A stretch of 64,000 nt of DNA from Raja brachyura (Eukaryota), in assembly GCA_963514005.1 (NCBI GenBank), contig OY740795.1, forward strand, positions 868,001-932,000, read 5' to 3'. Made by a program: the position numbers and the translations under genes. Positions 12,365-25,829 of this stretch are shown here, piece after piece; the stretch's first letter is position 1, and the number at the start of each line of letters is the position of its first letter. The notes under the pieces were generated by a model. The model had not been told where the DNA came from. It did not search any database and saw only the letters and a program-made list of their open reading frames with translations.

Positions 12365-13760
12365 AGGAAAGCTGTAGGCCCAGATGGCATATCTGGACGA
12401 GTACTTAAGTCTTGTGCTGCTCAGCTTGCTCCAGTGCTCACCACAATATTTAACCTCTTCATGGCCAAGTACGTGGTCCCTGCCTGCTTCAAAAGATCCA
12501 CCATTTTCCAGTGCCAAAGAATGCCTCTCCAACGTGCTTGAATGACTACCGACAGGTTGCCCTCACCTCGGCAGTCATGAAATGCTTCGAGAGGCTGATC
12601 AACAACCACATCTGCGCCTTCCTCCCTCGCAACATGGACCCGCTGCAGTTCGCATATCGTCCGAACAGATCCACGGTTGATGCGGTCTCCTAAGTTCTGC
12701 ACACTGCTCTCCCTCACCTTGACAGCCAGAAGCGGGGGGGGGGGGGGGTCAATGTGAGGATGCTGTTCATTGAACTCAGTTCAGCTTTCAATACGATAGT
12801 CCCCACCAGACTGGCTGGGAAACTGGGGCTTAACACAACCCTGTGTGCCTGGGTCCTGGACTTTCTCACCGCCAGGCCCCAGATGGTGAGATTGGAATAC
12901 ATCCATCCAACCCCCTCATCCTGAACACAGGATCCTCCCAGGGTTGCGTCCTTAGCCCTCTACTCTACTCCTTATACACACACGACTGTGTTGGCAGGTT
13001 CAGCTCCAACTCCATCATCAAGTTTGCTGATGACACTGTGGTGGTGGGCCTGATCTCCGATAACGATGAGAAGGCCTACCAGGAGGAGTTGTGAATAGGC
13101 TGAGCAGCTTTCAATACCTGGGCGTCCACATCACAGAGGATCTGACAACACACACGGCCTCACCCGTGAGTACGGTAAGGCAGCGCCTTTACCACATCAG
13201 GCAGCTGTGGAAATTCAGAGTCCCCCTGAGGATCCTTCTGTGCTTCTACTCTGGAGTTGTAGAAAGCATCCTGTCCGGCAACATCACAAACTTGTTTGGG
13301 AACAGCTCTGCCCAGCATAGGAAGGCTCTGCAGAGAGTCGTGCGTTCGGCCGAACGCACTATGTGAACTACACTCCCCCCCCCCCCCCCCTGCAGGACCT
13401 ATACACCAGGAGGTGCAGATCCACAGCCAGCAACATAATGAGGACCCCTACCACCCCAGCAACGGACTGTTCCAGCTGCTATGGCCAGGCGACCGATCCG
13501 CTGTCATGCTGTGAAAACAGAGGATGAGACGGAGTTTCTTCCCACAGGCCATTTGGACTGTAAACTCTTATCTCACCAGGGTCTAATTCACTGTACTAGT
13601 TTACTGTTGTGTTGTGCCTCTTGTAAAAAAAAAATATTTTCTAACATGTAAATACTGATTCTGTTCTATTCTGTTCTGTAGTTTTTGCAAAATCCGCAGA
13701 CATAGCCACTTTCATTTCAGTGCACATCTTGTATGTGTATGTGACAAATAAATTTGACTT
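12365..13760 (+). mobile_element. Rex1/Babar LINE, degenerate
   Basis: Fragmented RT: LNDYRQVALTS, QFAYR, QGCVLSPLLYSLYTHDC, KFADDT. 3' UTR ends ..TGACAAATAAA. Confidence 0.88.
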
Positions 13761-14440
13761 GGGATTTATTCTTGTTTTCAAGCCATGGTTAGGTATAGCT
13801 CTTAGGGCTAACTGAATAAGAGGATATGGGGAGAAGGGAGGAATGGTTTTGGATGATCAGCCACGATCATATTGAATTGTGGTGCTGGCTCGAAGGGCCA
13901 AAGGGCCTACTCCTGCACATATTTTCTATGATTCTATGTTTCAATGTATCACTTGAAGTGTATAAAGTGAGGCAACGATGAAGTAGATAACCAAATCCGT
14001 TTATATGTTCCATTGTGCAAAACGAAAGGGCGTGGGTTCAATGTGATATGCAGTCATTAAAGAGATATTTTAATAGAGATTTGCCCGAGGAGGCAGTGGG
14101 GGCAGAAACAGTAACACGATAAGAGGCAGCTGGACAGCTACTTGAATGATCGGGCCATAAAGGGAAACAGGGTGCGATTAATAGGGCATAATGGTCAGCC
14201 CAGAGTCAAATGGTCAAGGAACACGTACTGCCGGTATACAACTCCATGATTGTCTCAAAAATTGGCATTTCATATTTCGTTGCACAATATGCTCAGCTGG
14301 CGTATGCGTAATGTGCAGGCGACCTTACATTGATTGCTCAACCTCACTGGGGAACGAAATATTGTTTTTCCAATTCTCGTTCGTGATGCTCGGGGGAGGA
14401 CGTCTAATTTTCCATTTAATTGTACATGTATTATTTAGAA

Positions 14441-14448
14441 TATAAATA
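14441..14448 (+). promoter_or_regulatory. TATA box of GPCR gene 1
   Basis: TATAAATA about 90 bp upstream of the ATG at 14535, with CTAATT/TAATT sites just upstream. Confidence 0.5.
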
Positions 14449-14534
14449 CACCAGGTTATTTAATTTGGGTCATGGTCTGTCCGGGTCCAGTTACGCACAG
14501 GATAGAATACGACCAAGAAGACGGAAATCTGAAC

Positions 14535-14598
14535 ATGTGGCAGCTGCGGCACATAGAACGTTATTATTACCCTATTCTGGCTGCACTTGGAGTACCAG
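14535..14598 (+). CDS. GPR139/142-like GPCR gene 1, exon 1 (alternative in-frame ATG at 14472)
   Basis: MWQLRHIERYYYPILAALGVP plus G, then GTAGGT donor. Phase 1 joins exon 2 to give GVP-VNLVTIVIL (TM1). Confidence 0.85.
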
Positions 14599-15670
14599 GT
14601 AGGTCAGGGGTGGCTTGTGTGGCGCGAATTCACATACGGTTCTAGGTTGCTTCTTTTTTTTCATACTGGTTACGGGAGAATATTAAAGATAAAGAGAAAT
14701 GCTGCAAAAATCTTCAACCTGTTGCTTAGTGACTGGTGAGAGTGAAACCATGCACATGTTCCTTTACCGTCTCGTCTTAGGTCAAGATTTAAGTCAATGC
14801 TCATGAGTGTTTGCATGTCAAATGTACCTACAGCCAAACAATGACATTCTCACTCGCTGCAGCATTACATGCTTGTTGGCAAAATAAACAGAAAATATTC
14901 AATAATCTAAAAGCCCAAATCCTAGTTCAAAAATATAGTGATCAAAAGCCTGATAGGTATTGGGCCGAAGCAGTTCTTGAAGCGAATGGTCCCGGTTTTG
15001 CAACACCTGTAATTTATTGCAGATGGTAGGAGAACGTGGCCAGTGTGATGCGGGACTTTGGTCGGATATAAGGAATAGGAATATAGTTAAAATTGGTTCT
15101 TGTTTTTGTTGCTAGAGAAGAATACCAGTTTTTGAAAGATTAACTTTCAGATTGAGATTGGGATTCTTGATCAGTCGTAGAGTATATGCTTTGCATGTAT
15201 GTGCCGCGCCAAATTCAATCGCTGGCATCACCTGCCTGAGCTTTCCACTTTTTTCAGTGAGGAGAAGGTTGGCTATATCCAGCCAGATCAGCGAATACAC
15301 CTTGACCGGCAAATCCCGAATTCCTGTTGTGCAGCGTCTCAATGAGTTGAGAAGCGGCAGTTCGGAGGAAATTGCTCTTTCTAGCCAGACGACCAAAACG
15401 TTTTCGTCAAGATTTAAATGTCAAAGGCTAGTGCTCATTAATTTAAAGTGAGCGGGGCAATATTTTTCATAGAGGGTAGTTGGACCTGGGACTGGTAAGG
15501 GTAGTTATAACGGTCGAGGTTCTATAGCTTTTAGATAGGTACACGTATATGTACTGAATCAAAAAGGCAACAGTATAATTGTATAATACACTCCCACAGC
15601 CCATGGATCGATCATTTTATTTCTTAAATTTATCATGCAATTAAACGTAATTGTTTTTATCTTCTCCCAG

Positions 15671-16584
15671 TGAACCTGGTTACGATTGTGATCCTGTGTC
15701 GTGGAAAGTGCGGTCTCTCCAAATGCATCACCCGTTACCTGGTGGCCATGGCTACGGCGGACCTCTCGACGATTATTTTCAAGGCGCTATTAGAGCTGGT
15801 TGCCGGAATCTATTGGACGAACACATTCTTGTTCTATACACCGGTCTGTAAGTTCATTATCTTCATGGCGGCAGTGGCTGTAGACTGTTCCGTTTGGTTT
15901 ACGGTCGCTTTCACTTTTGATCGCTTTGTGGCCATTTCCACCTTGAATATGAGAACCAGGTACTGCACCGAGAGAACCGCGGTGGTGGTTGTAGGGGCAT
16001 TGACCGCGCTCTTCTCTGCAAAGAACATTCCATGGCCCTTCGCGTACATCGCGTATTTAGCAACTTCCGTTGGTCAACTTGGTTGCTTCCGTTCGCCACA
16101 TGTTTATACTCTGACCGGATGGGTGGCGTTTTCTGTGGCCGACCAGTTGTTAACCCCAATTGTTCCGTTCTGTTTGATTTTGTTCTTTAATGCGCTCACA
16201 ATCAGACGCATTTTAGCGGCCATTTGGATCCGCAGGAACCTTCGGGACCTGCGCAGCGCGGACCCGGAGACAGCGAACCGCAGGCAGTCCATTATTTTAC
16301 TCCTTGCAATCACTAATAGTTTTATCATCCTCTGGGCGACAACAATCGCAAATTTTATTTACAATCATAGTATAGTAGCTGCTCATCGCGTAGCGTCGAG
16401 TAACAGTTTTCCTTTGCTCCAGAAAGTTGCAATTCTACTTCAGCTTCTCAGCACCTGCACAAACACTGTAATTTACACCATGACCCAGAGGAAGTTTAGA
16501 AAACAGCTGCTCCAGGCACTCAAACTCCCATGCATTCTCATTCCAAAATCGATGAAACCCATCCGAGCAAATGTCTGTCAGTGA
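15671..16584 (+). CDS. GPR139/142-like GPCR gene 1, exon 2 (325 aa total)
   Basis: Acceptor cttctcccAG, uninterrupted 7TM frame: MATAD (TM2), FTFDRF (TM3), FIILW (TM6), NTVIY (TM7), KFR helix 8. Confidence 0.92.
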
Positions 16585-18230
16585 TTGGTTGCATGTCAGA
16601 ATAAAGGTCAAGCATTCCTTCTTTCCAGAGATGCTGCCTGTTCCGCTCAGTTACTCCAGATTTTTGTGTCAATCTGTGGCTCACGTAATAACGTAGACAA
16701 CTTCGCTCTTATCTCAAAAAATCAACTCAGGACACAAAGGATTCTCTCCACGATTGGAAACACAATTCTCAAGTCACTTACTTGTATCCATTTATTTTTC
16801 GTTTGTTGGGCGGGGGTAGGTGGTTACTTCAATTGTGACCATGTGGAATTGGCTGCTTTGTGCAATGGTCCCTTGGGTAGGGGTTGGAATCGATGTGCTG
16901 CCTTTTGCTTTCTGTGTATGGCAGCCAACGTATTTACCATGTAAGCCACCAGTTAACTATACCTGCCTTGCTTTGTTACCAAAGGCCATGCCGTCAGTCC
17001 TAGGAGCCAAGACACAATTATACCGTTCAAAAGCCTCCACGGTATACTGGTGTCTGAACAAATGTCGCTACATGAAAAGTCCCCTATCCATGTTCTGCAT
17101 AAATGGTCCCTGTCTGACTGATACTCTAGCATTTTGTGTTTGTTTTTCTTTCCAATAACGTCGGCGCTTCCACGTATAATATGCTTCGTGAAATAGTGTT
17201 TTCCTCGCATATCATACGGAAGGAGTCTGTTTCGCCCACCGATTCTTGTCGACTCTCGTAGCAATGACGTCAATTCTATTCCGCGAAGATTTCCCTGCAG
17301 CCTCTTCTTAATGTCATAAGTAAATAAGGATAGGACTAGTATTAGGGCATTCGGCCCATCAAATCTACTCCGCCAATCAATCATGGCTGATCTATCTCTC
17401 CCTTCTAACCCCATTCTCCTGCCTTCTCCCCTTCAACCTTCCCTCCATTGACGAACTGTACACTGCAAGGGCCAGTAAACGAGCGGGTAAGATCATCTCT
17501 ACACCCTCTCACACTGGTCACAAACCCTTTGAATCATTTCCCTCTGGAAGGCGATTCTGGACTGTCAAAGCTGCCACAACCAGACATAAAAGCAGCTTTT
17601 TTTCCACGAGTAGTACCTCAACTCAATAACCAAATGTCTGTAGCCTCCTTTTGCTCTGGTATTTTATTTAATTCATATGTTTAATCAACAATGTTTTATT
17701 ATTAATGTTTAACGTTTTATGTGTCATTCCTAACTGTCACTACTACAAATGTCAATTAACTTATTAATTCATTCACTAGTGAAGACAGAATCAAAGTACC
17801 TTATCAACTATTCCGCCGTTTCCTTGTTCCCCATAATCATTTCACCAGTTTCTGCCTTCGAGTGACCCACATTTGGGTTTTCTAATCTCTTTCTCTTAGC
17901 ATAGCAACTTTTACTATCCTTATTTATATTCTTGGATAGTTTACATCCTGCCAGCATCACCCGAATCAGCTTACCTGCATTTCTCGTTAAAGAATGAACT
18001 GCAGATGCTGGAGAATCGAGGGTACACAAAAAGCCGGAGAAATTCAGCGGGTGCAGCAGCATCTAAGGAGCGAAGGAGATAGGCGACGTTTCGGGTCGAG
18101 ACCCTACCTGCATTTCTTCACTGCTTCTCGCCCGCTCCAACATTTGGCGTAGTCTCCTCCCTCAGCCTGCTCGGCGAAGACTCTCGAGCCAAAGACCCGC
18201 ACTTTTCTCAAAGGCACTTCCCTCGACAAG

Positions 18231-18692
18231 GACTTTCATATGAGGAAAGATTGGATAGACTCGGTTTGTACTCGATGGAATTTAGAAGATTGAGGGGGGA
18301 TCTTATAGAAACCTACAAAATTCTTAAGGGGTTGGACAAGCTAGATGCTGGAAGATTGTTCCCGATGTTGGGGGAGTCCAGAACAAGGGGTCACAGTCTA
18401 AGGATAAGGGGGAATTCCTTTAGGACCGAAATGAGGAAAACATTCTTTACACAGAGAGTGGTGAGTCTCTGGAATTCTCTGCCACAGAAGGTAGTTGAGG
18501 CCAGTTCATTGGCTATATTTAAGAGGGCGTTTGATGTGGCACTTGTGGCTAAAGGGATCAGGGGGTATGGGGAGAAGGCAGGTACGGGATACTGAGTTGG
18601 ATGATCAGCCATGATCACATTGAATGGCGGTGCAGGCTCGAAGGGCCGAATGGCCTACTCCTGCACCTATTTTCTATGTCTATGTTTCTATG
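18231..18692 (+). mobile_element. Young CR1 3' fragment
   Basis: Nearly identical to 4309-4770, with approximate TSD CCCTCGAC(A/G)AGG. Confidence 0.92.
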
Positions 18693-19404
18693 ACCCTCGA
18701 CGAGGCCGCTCCCCAACAGGCCGCTCCCCTTTTCAGCCAATCCTCTTTAAATCTGCCGCTCCTGAAATGCACAATTCCGCAAGAGATTACCTTCTCTGCC
18801 AATCCCCGCACTGACTCCTTCACCTGCCACACTTCTGCCTACCTTGAAGGTAACAATACTTGCGCTGATCAATGGTCAAGGGAGTTTTATTTGAGAACAA
18901 GTGGCAACACCGAATTTTGTTTACACATTGCACTCTCTGAAGGCATTGTTCGTGCTCATGAAACATTTGATATAGTTTAATTATATTTTTTTGTAAATTC
19001 CAATTGATCGCTGGGTTATAGAAATTAATTCCATTAAGGAACACCTGTAGAAAATATATATAAATTTGACATTAATTTATTGAATGCACGGTACATTTTT
19101 TTCAACAAATAAATGTTGTCGCTAAATATATATGAGTTATTTGTTGCGTGTTCATTTTGTGGAGTGCTTACCAAAGAAGTAGAGTTCCACCTCGTTGCCA
19201 CCGTGAAACGTAAATTGCGAGGCAGGAGACTATAATAATAAGTTAATAATAATAATATACTAGCTGATAATAATAAGGAAAGTATGGAAAGCCGTTCGAA
19301 CGCAAGAGATCCAGGGACAACCAATTGACTGCAAACCGCAATTGGCTTCATGGATGGAGCATGGTGGTGGTGGAAGCGTCCCGTTCTGAATGGGTCCCTG
19401 TATC

Positions 19405-22400
19405 TAGGTATGTTACAAAAGTTTCCTTCAGCGGCGCTGCAGTTCTGTCACTGGCCGTGTGCGCGACTTTGGCGCCTTTGAGAGGGGGGCGGGTTTAAAA
19501 TGCCGTTTTCTCCACCCTGTTGAAGTCGATCTTTGTCAGGCTGTTTAGCGGCTGAAGAATAATCGCTCCGCCATGCGTTTTATACTTTGTTTTTAAATAC
19601 TGCTGGATAATTTAATAGCAGGAGTAAAATAAAAATAATTTTCTAAAGCTGTCATCGCCGACAACGGAACGGATCTCACGTACGGGACAAAGCAAGGTAC
19701 GCCGTTTATTTTTACATGTAAACGTGCTTCTTGGGATGCCTTTAATCAAAATTTCACGTTGCGAAAAGGTGATTTAGGCCCCATACGAACCGGCAGTGTT
19801 TTTCGTGCCGAAATGGGGTTTAAATTCACCGCAAATGCAACGTTCCAATCGATCACGATCCACAAAATCTCGCTCGTAAGATGATTTAAATTACCTTTAA
19901 TTTATTGGAATTAAACACCAAATTCCTTCAATTTGGCCTATAAATTCATGACAAATAGGTCATGGGGTCATCCAAGTAAGATTGTTTCATATTTGTTTCA
20001 GAATGCTTCGATCTATAATAACTGAACATTTCATTCCGTTCTCTTAATTTTTAATAAAGTTATGGGCTTTTGACTGTCCTTGATCACAGCTTTTGAGTTA
20101 AATCAATGGAAAAGCAAAAGGGAACAAAATGCAAATTTCCGAGTATGAAAATGGCCATAACCTTTTTTAATACTGAAGATATGAAAGTGAATTGGGTGTC
20201 AAATTAAACTTATTTTTATGCTTTATCTGATGAGATAAATTGAAATGCCGACCCTTCTATCTGCCGCGGGAGTTCACAGCTCTTGTTATCATGGCTGTTT
20301 ATATTCCACCAAGCGCTAGCGATAAGCTAGCACTGAACACCCTGCTAACAACCATCAACAAACTACAGACTGCACACCCTGATGGGATTTTCATAGTGGC
20401 TGGAGACTTCAATCAGGCAAATCTAAAAACTGTCCTCCCTAAATTCCACCAGCATGTCACATGTCCGACGAGAGGTCAAAATACATTGGATCATGTATAC
20501 AGCAACATCAGGGATGGATACAAAGCCTCTCCCCTCCCTCACCTCGGCCAGTCTGACCACCTATCCCTCTTTCTCACCCCAGCATACAGACCTCTTATCG
20601 TGAAAACAAAGCCCAGTGTGAGAAACATAAAGATTTGGCCTGAGGACGCTGCTGCTCAACTTCAGGATTGCTTTGAGCGCACCGAGTGGGATCTTTTTGC
20701 AAATCAGGACATAACAGACAATACATCCACAGTCATGTTCTACATACAGAACTGCACCAATAACGTCACTATCGACAGAGAGGTTAGGTGTTATCCAAAT
20801 AGCAAACCATGGATGACCAGTGAGGTCAGGAAGCTGCTGAGGGAACGCAACTCAGCCTTTGGATCTGGCAATGATCAACTGTACAGCACTGCCAGATCCA
20901 AACTGAAGAGATCAATCAAAGAGGCAAAGGCAGCCTATGGAAGAAGACTAGAGGGGCACTTTAATGAGAGGGACCCCCGGCGTGTTTGGCAAGGTATCCA
21001 GCAACTTACCAACTACAAGGGCAACAGGGGGTTAACCACCAGCAGCAGTAGTAACTTGCTGGCTGAGGAGCTTAACCACTTTTTCGCCCGTTTTGAGCTG
21101 AGTAAGGCGGAGCCTGTGCCTGCAGCCGCGTCCAGCACTGACGACCTGGCATTCACTGTGAGCACAGAGGGTGTCAGGAGAGTACTCCGCAGCGTCAACC
21201 CCAGGAAAGCTGCTGGCCCAGATGGCATCCCAGGGAGAGTACTGCGGGATTGTGCAGACCAGCTGGCGGAGGTATTCAGCGCCATCTTTAACCTCTCTCT
21301 GTCAACATGCACTGTCCCTAAATGCTTCAAGACTGCCACCATTGTGCCTGTTCCGAAAAAAACATCTATCACCAGCTTGAACGACTACAGACCTGTTGCT
21401 CTCACTTCAACTGTGATGAAGTGCTTTGAGAGACTGGTCCTGGCCCACATTACATCCTCACTCCCACCCACCCTGGATCAACATCAGTTTGCATACAGAG
21501 CCAACAGGTCAACAGAAGACGCCATCAACATGGCTCTACATTCTGCACTGACTCACCTGGAGCGCCCCGGCTCATATGTGAGGATGTTGTTTGTAGATTT
21601 TAGTTCTGCATTCAATACCGTCATCCCCAGCAGAATGGTGGACAAACTGTTTGACCTGGGTGTAAATGCCAATACATGCAAATGGATCAAGGACTTCTTA
21701 ACAGACCGCCCACAGACTGTCAGGATGGGGTCCAATCACTCCCCAGTCCTGACGCTCAGCACAGGGGCGCCACAAGGCTGTGTGCTGAGTCCTATTCTCT
21801 ACACAATCTACACTCATGACTGCACACCGACACACATCACAAACCGGATTATTAAGTTTGCGGATGACACGACTGTGGTGGGGCTGATAAATAACAACGA
21901 CGAGTCTGCCTACAGAGATGAAGTCCAAAAACTGACTGTCTGGTGCACTAACAATAACCTGGCACTCAACTCAACCAAAACAAAAGAACTGGTTATTGAC
22001 TTCAGGAGGAGGAGATAAGAACCTCCTCGTCTTTACATCAAATGAGACATGGTGGAGAGAGTCACTGACTTTAAGTTTCTGGGCACATACATCTCCCAGG
22101 ACCTTACATGGACAGTGAACACCATCACTCTCGTAAAGAAGTCACAGCAGCGGCTATATTTCCTGAGGACTCTGCGGAGAGCAAACGTCTCACAGCAGCT
22201 GCTGCTGTCCTTCTACCGGTGCGCCGTGGAAAGCATCCTCTCCTATGGCATCCTGGTGTGGTTTGTTTGCTGCACTGTGGCTGGAAGGAAGGCACTACAG
22301 AGGGTTATTAAAACAGCACAGAGCATCATAAACACTCAACTACCCTCCCTGGAAGACATTTACAAGGCCCGATGTTTACGCCGGGCGAGAAACATCACAC

Positions 22401-22888
22401 AGGACTCATTCCACCCTGCCAACCACCTTTTCAATCTGCTGCCCTCTGGGAGGTGATACGGGTCTTTGAAGGCCCGCACTTGCAGACTAACTAACAGTTT
22501 CTACCCATGTGCCATTAGAGAACTTAACTCAAACAGATAACTCTACGGGCAACACTACACAATTCGGGGTGCAAATAAAAATTTGTCTGCTAGAATGTGC
22601 AATATAATGTGCATTTTTATTATCTATTACTTATTTTATGCATTGATCTTGTAGTAAATGTAAATGTAAGACTAAATGGTTGTTTGTGTTATTGTGTTTT
22701 TGTTCTTTTTTTAAACTTTTTATCCCGTGTTTTTTATTGTTTACCATGGAAGGGGATGCACATGAAATTTCGTTGTACAGTTGATGTGCAATGACAAATA
22801 AACGTATTTGATTTGATTTGATTGCTTTATCTGATGAGATAAATTTCAGACTTGATTTTTTTAATCTCGAAATTTTGTAACATTGCTA
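19405..22888 (+). mobile_element. Non-autonomous hAT-like DNA transposon, copy 1, interrupted by a Rex1 LINE
   Basis: Imperfect TIRs TAGGTATGTTACAAAA / TTTTGTAACATTGCTA. Direct repeat CTGTATC at 19398-19404 and 22889-22895. Homologous to the intact copy at 53209-54239. Confidence 0.85.
20242..22822 (+). mobile_element. Rex1/Babar LINE, 5'-truncated (APE endonuclease part plus RT)
   Basis: ORF 20240-22018 (VAGDFN, LDHVY, SDH, KFADD) and ORF 22049-22456. (ATTTG)n tail; 23-bp TSD at 20219-20241 and 22823-22845. Confidence 0.95.
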
Positions 22889-22959
22889 CTGTATCTAGTG
22901 TTGTGTCTCAGGGATCCTTCCTGGCGATACTACCGTTTGTTTCCTTCATATTAGTATTT

Positions 22960-23262
22960 AGTTTTAGAGATGCAGCGCGGAAATAGGCCGTTCGGTACAC
23001 CGAGTCCTCACCGGCCAGCATTCCCAGCACGCTAACACGATCCAACACAAACGAGGGAAAATTTACAATCATGCCAAGCCAATTAGCCTACAAACCTGTA
23101 CGTCTTTGGAATGTGGGAGGAAATCGAAGATCATGGAGGTCATCCGCGCAGGCCACTGGGAAAACGTACAAACTCACTGCAGACAGCACCCGTAGTCAGG
23201 ATCGATACCGTGTCTCCGGCGCTGTAAGGCAGTAGTGCTACAGCTGTGCCACTGTGCCGCCC
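22960..23262 (-). mobile_element. tRNA-derived SINE (HE1-like)
   Basis: Reverse strand begins GGGCGGCACAGTGGCACAGC, with a B-box-like GGTATCGATCC and a CR1-like tail. Confidence 0.75.
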
Positions 23263-23289
23263 GAAATATGTTGTCAATTATATCAATTG

Positions 23290-24190
23290 TTTATATGGGA
23301 ATGTCAGACATGATCTGCAGGTTTGCAGATAACACTAAAGTGGGCGGTATCGTCCATAGCGAAAATGGTTGGGAAAAGTGCAGCAGGCTCTTGATCAGTT
23401 TTGCAAGGGCGCTGAGCAATACTTAATGGAGTTTCATGCAGATAAGTGCAAGATGTATTTTTGGAGTTAACCCAAGGCAGGACTTTCGTAATGAATGTCA
23501 GGGCCCTGGGAATTGTAGTGGAACGCGGGGATCAGGAAGTGCAGGACACGTAGCTCATTGTGCATGGCGTAAACGGTATATGAGAAGGTCAAGAAGGGTT
23601 GTGGTGTATTGACCTTCAACTTTCAGGGTACTATAGAGGTTGTGATTACATCTTACATTTCAACAAGACCTTGGTGGGGCCGCATTTGAACGATTGTTTT
23701 CAGTTTTGTCCACGCTCCTATAGGAAGGATTAAGCAGCGATAAGTGTACAGATGATTTTCGAGGATGTTGGCTGGATCTGAGCTCCTAGGCTCTATGGAG
23801 ATGTTGCGTAGGCTAGTATTTATTCCTGAGAGACGCTATTCTGGGTGTTAATAGCTTCGGGGGACTACTTGGGTCGAATGCGCAGAGCCCTTCGTCCAGA
23901 GCAAGAGTATCAAGAACCAGACGACAAAGGTTAAAGATGAGAGGGAAAAACATTTATTAGGAACCGGGGGGAGGGGTCAACGTTTTTACACAGATGGTGG
24001 TGAGTATACGGAACAAAATGCCACAGGAGGTAGATGAGGCAGGTACGACAACAAAATTTGATGGGTACATGGATACGACTGGTTTAGGGGGAAATTGGAT
24101 AAAAGCGGTACGGGGATTCGTGTAGATGGGGCATTATTTCCGCATGGGCATGTTGAGTGGAGTTATGGTTCCTTGCTGTGTGACTCTATG
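23290..24190 (+). mobile_element. Old degenerate CR1 fragment (continues from about 19330)
   Basis: RFADNTKVGG and a decayed 3' region. It is the host of the hAT-like insertion and the SINE. Confidence 0.65.
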
Positions 24191-24240
24191 AGCCTGCGAC
24201 TAATTGTGTTTTTTTTTTTACTTTCGTTGTTATCAAGCAG

Positions 24241-25108
24241 TAGGGGGCGCCGTCGCGTATGGCTGCCCTGCCAGCAGCTGTTAGGCCTTTCACCCTTTTT
24301 TTATTTTTCCGGAGTTACAAGTGTTTAGGAGGTCTTCTAGTCTTTTTATGTCGGGGGTGGGGGGGTCGAGGGGGAAACTGTTTTTCTCAGTCCCTACCTT
24401 GACGGAGATGCGGCTTTTCTCCGAGCCGTGTTTTCTCCACTTCCTCACGGCCGACCAACAGTCTGGAGCGGCGTTTCCAGCCAGAACCGGGCTGGACTTC
24501 AGCTTCGGCGGCGGTGCAGCGCTGAGGGACTATCGTGGAGCGGGCGATGCATTGCCTGGGTCGCCATGCGGTAGGCGCCGGAGTGCTGTGACCGCCGAGA
24601 TCAACATCGCGGAGCAGCGGTCTGTGGAACTTCCAGCCGCAAGCGGCGCTGAGCTTTAAAGACCGTGGAGCCTGGGATCTCACACTGAGGTCGCCAGTGT
24701 CGGAGCTCCGACCAGCGCGGTCCGTGGACTTCGGGAGCCGCGGTCTCCGGGGGGGGGGAGGGGTGGGGGAGCGGCCACTCCAGACACTCTGAGCCGCTGA
24801 TAGTGTTCACTCGACGCCAGAGCTTCATCATCTGGCGAGATGGCCTGGAGCATCGGGCTGCCGTAGCGGCGACTGCGGAGGCGTCAATAGGCCCGACTAT
24901 GGGTGAACAGGGGACGGGACTGGACTTTTGATGCCTTCCCCCACAGTGGGAACCATTGCAGGGGAATGTTTTTATGTTTATTGTTAAATTCTTTAATGTT
25001 GTTTCTTATCTTCATTTGCTGCAATGGCAAGTCAAATTTAACTACACCAATTGGTGTATGTGATAATAAATGTCCTTTGTATCCTTTGTATCCTTGTATC
25101 CCTGTATC
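24241..25108 (+). mobile_element. GC-rich non-autonomous retroposon with Rex1-like tail
   Basis: Starts TAGGGGGCGCCGTC like the 2140 end of copy 1. Ends AATAAATGTCC followed by short TGTATCC repeats. Confidence 0.65.
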
Positions 25109-25242
25109 TAGCGAAATACATTGGACAAATCACCAGATTTCTGTATGTGCTTCTATATTATCACCTTCAGTCTTCGATGAATGGACTTATGTTCGATGAT
25201 GTTGTCTTGACTAAAACCGAACAATAACCTCAAGTCTCTGAA

Positions 25243-25444
25243 NNNNNNNNNNNNNNNNNNNNNNNNNNNNNNNNNNNNNNNNNNNNNNNNNNNNNNNNNN
25301 NNNNNNNNNNNNNNNNNNNNNNNNNNNNNNNNNNNNNNNNNNNNNNNNNNNNNNNNNNNNNNNNNNNNNNNNNNNNNNNNNNNNNNNNNNNNNNNNNNNN
25401 NNNNNNNNNNNNNNNNNNNNNNNNNNNNNNNNNNNNNNNNNNNN
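25243..25444. other. Assembly gap
   Basis: Run of N. Confidence 1.
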
Positions 25445-25829
25445 GCTTGTGTCTGCACGTGCTTGGGCGTTCGTGCGCGCTTGTGTGCGTACGTGTGAGC
25501 GCATGTGTGCGTACGTGTGAGCGCGTGCGCGTGCGGGCGCGAGTGGATGTGTGCCTGTGTGTATGTGCTGCGCGTGACACTGTGTGTGGTGTTATCTACG
25601 ATGGCACTGGAGTGCGGCTGGTCACAGAGGAAGCTGTAGTGTACCCCAGCACAATCGCCTCACTCTTTTAAATATTTTTCCTCCTTACACGCTTGTCACT
25701 GTTTCTGCATTGTGTCATTTTCCTCTTCGCTTTACCTTTTGTACTGGTTTTAGGCTTGATTCTATTCCTGTATGGTATTATATCAGCTGATTGTATTGCA
25801 CACATGCAAAAGCACTTCAATATACTATT

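Noticed and set aside
14535-16584. GPCR genes as ORs, TAARs or true GPR139 orthologues
   Set aside because: No OR/TAAR motifs, and too divergent and multicopy for an orthologue symbol without a phylogeny.
25153-25580. ORFs spanning N runs and the many short antisense ORFs in LINEs
   Set aside because: Artefacts of gaps or shadows of TE and GPCR coding strands.
25578-25630. J-segment-like stretch: CACTGTG followed by YDGTGVRLVT
   Set aside because: Lacks the F/W of FGxG, has no nonamer at 12-bp spacing and no splice donor at the expected place, and the heptamer arises within a GT-rich simple repeat.
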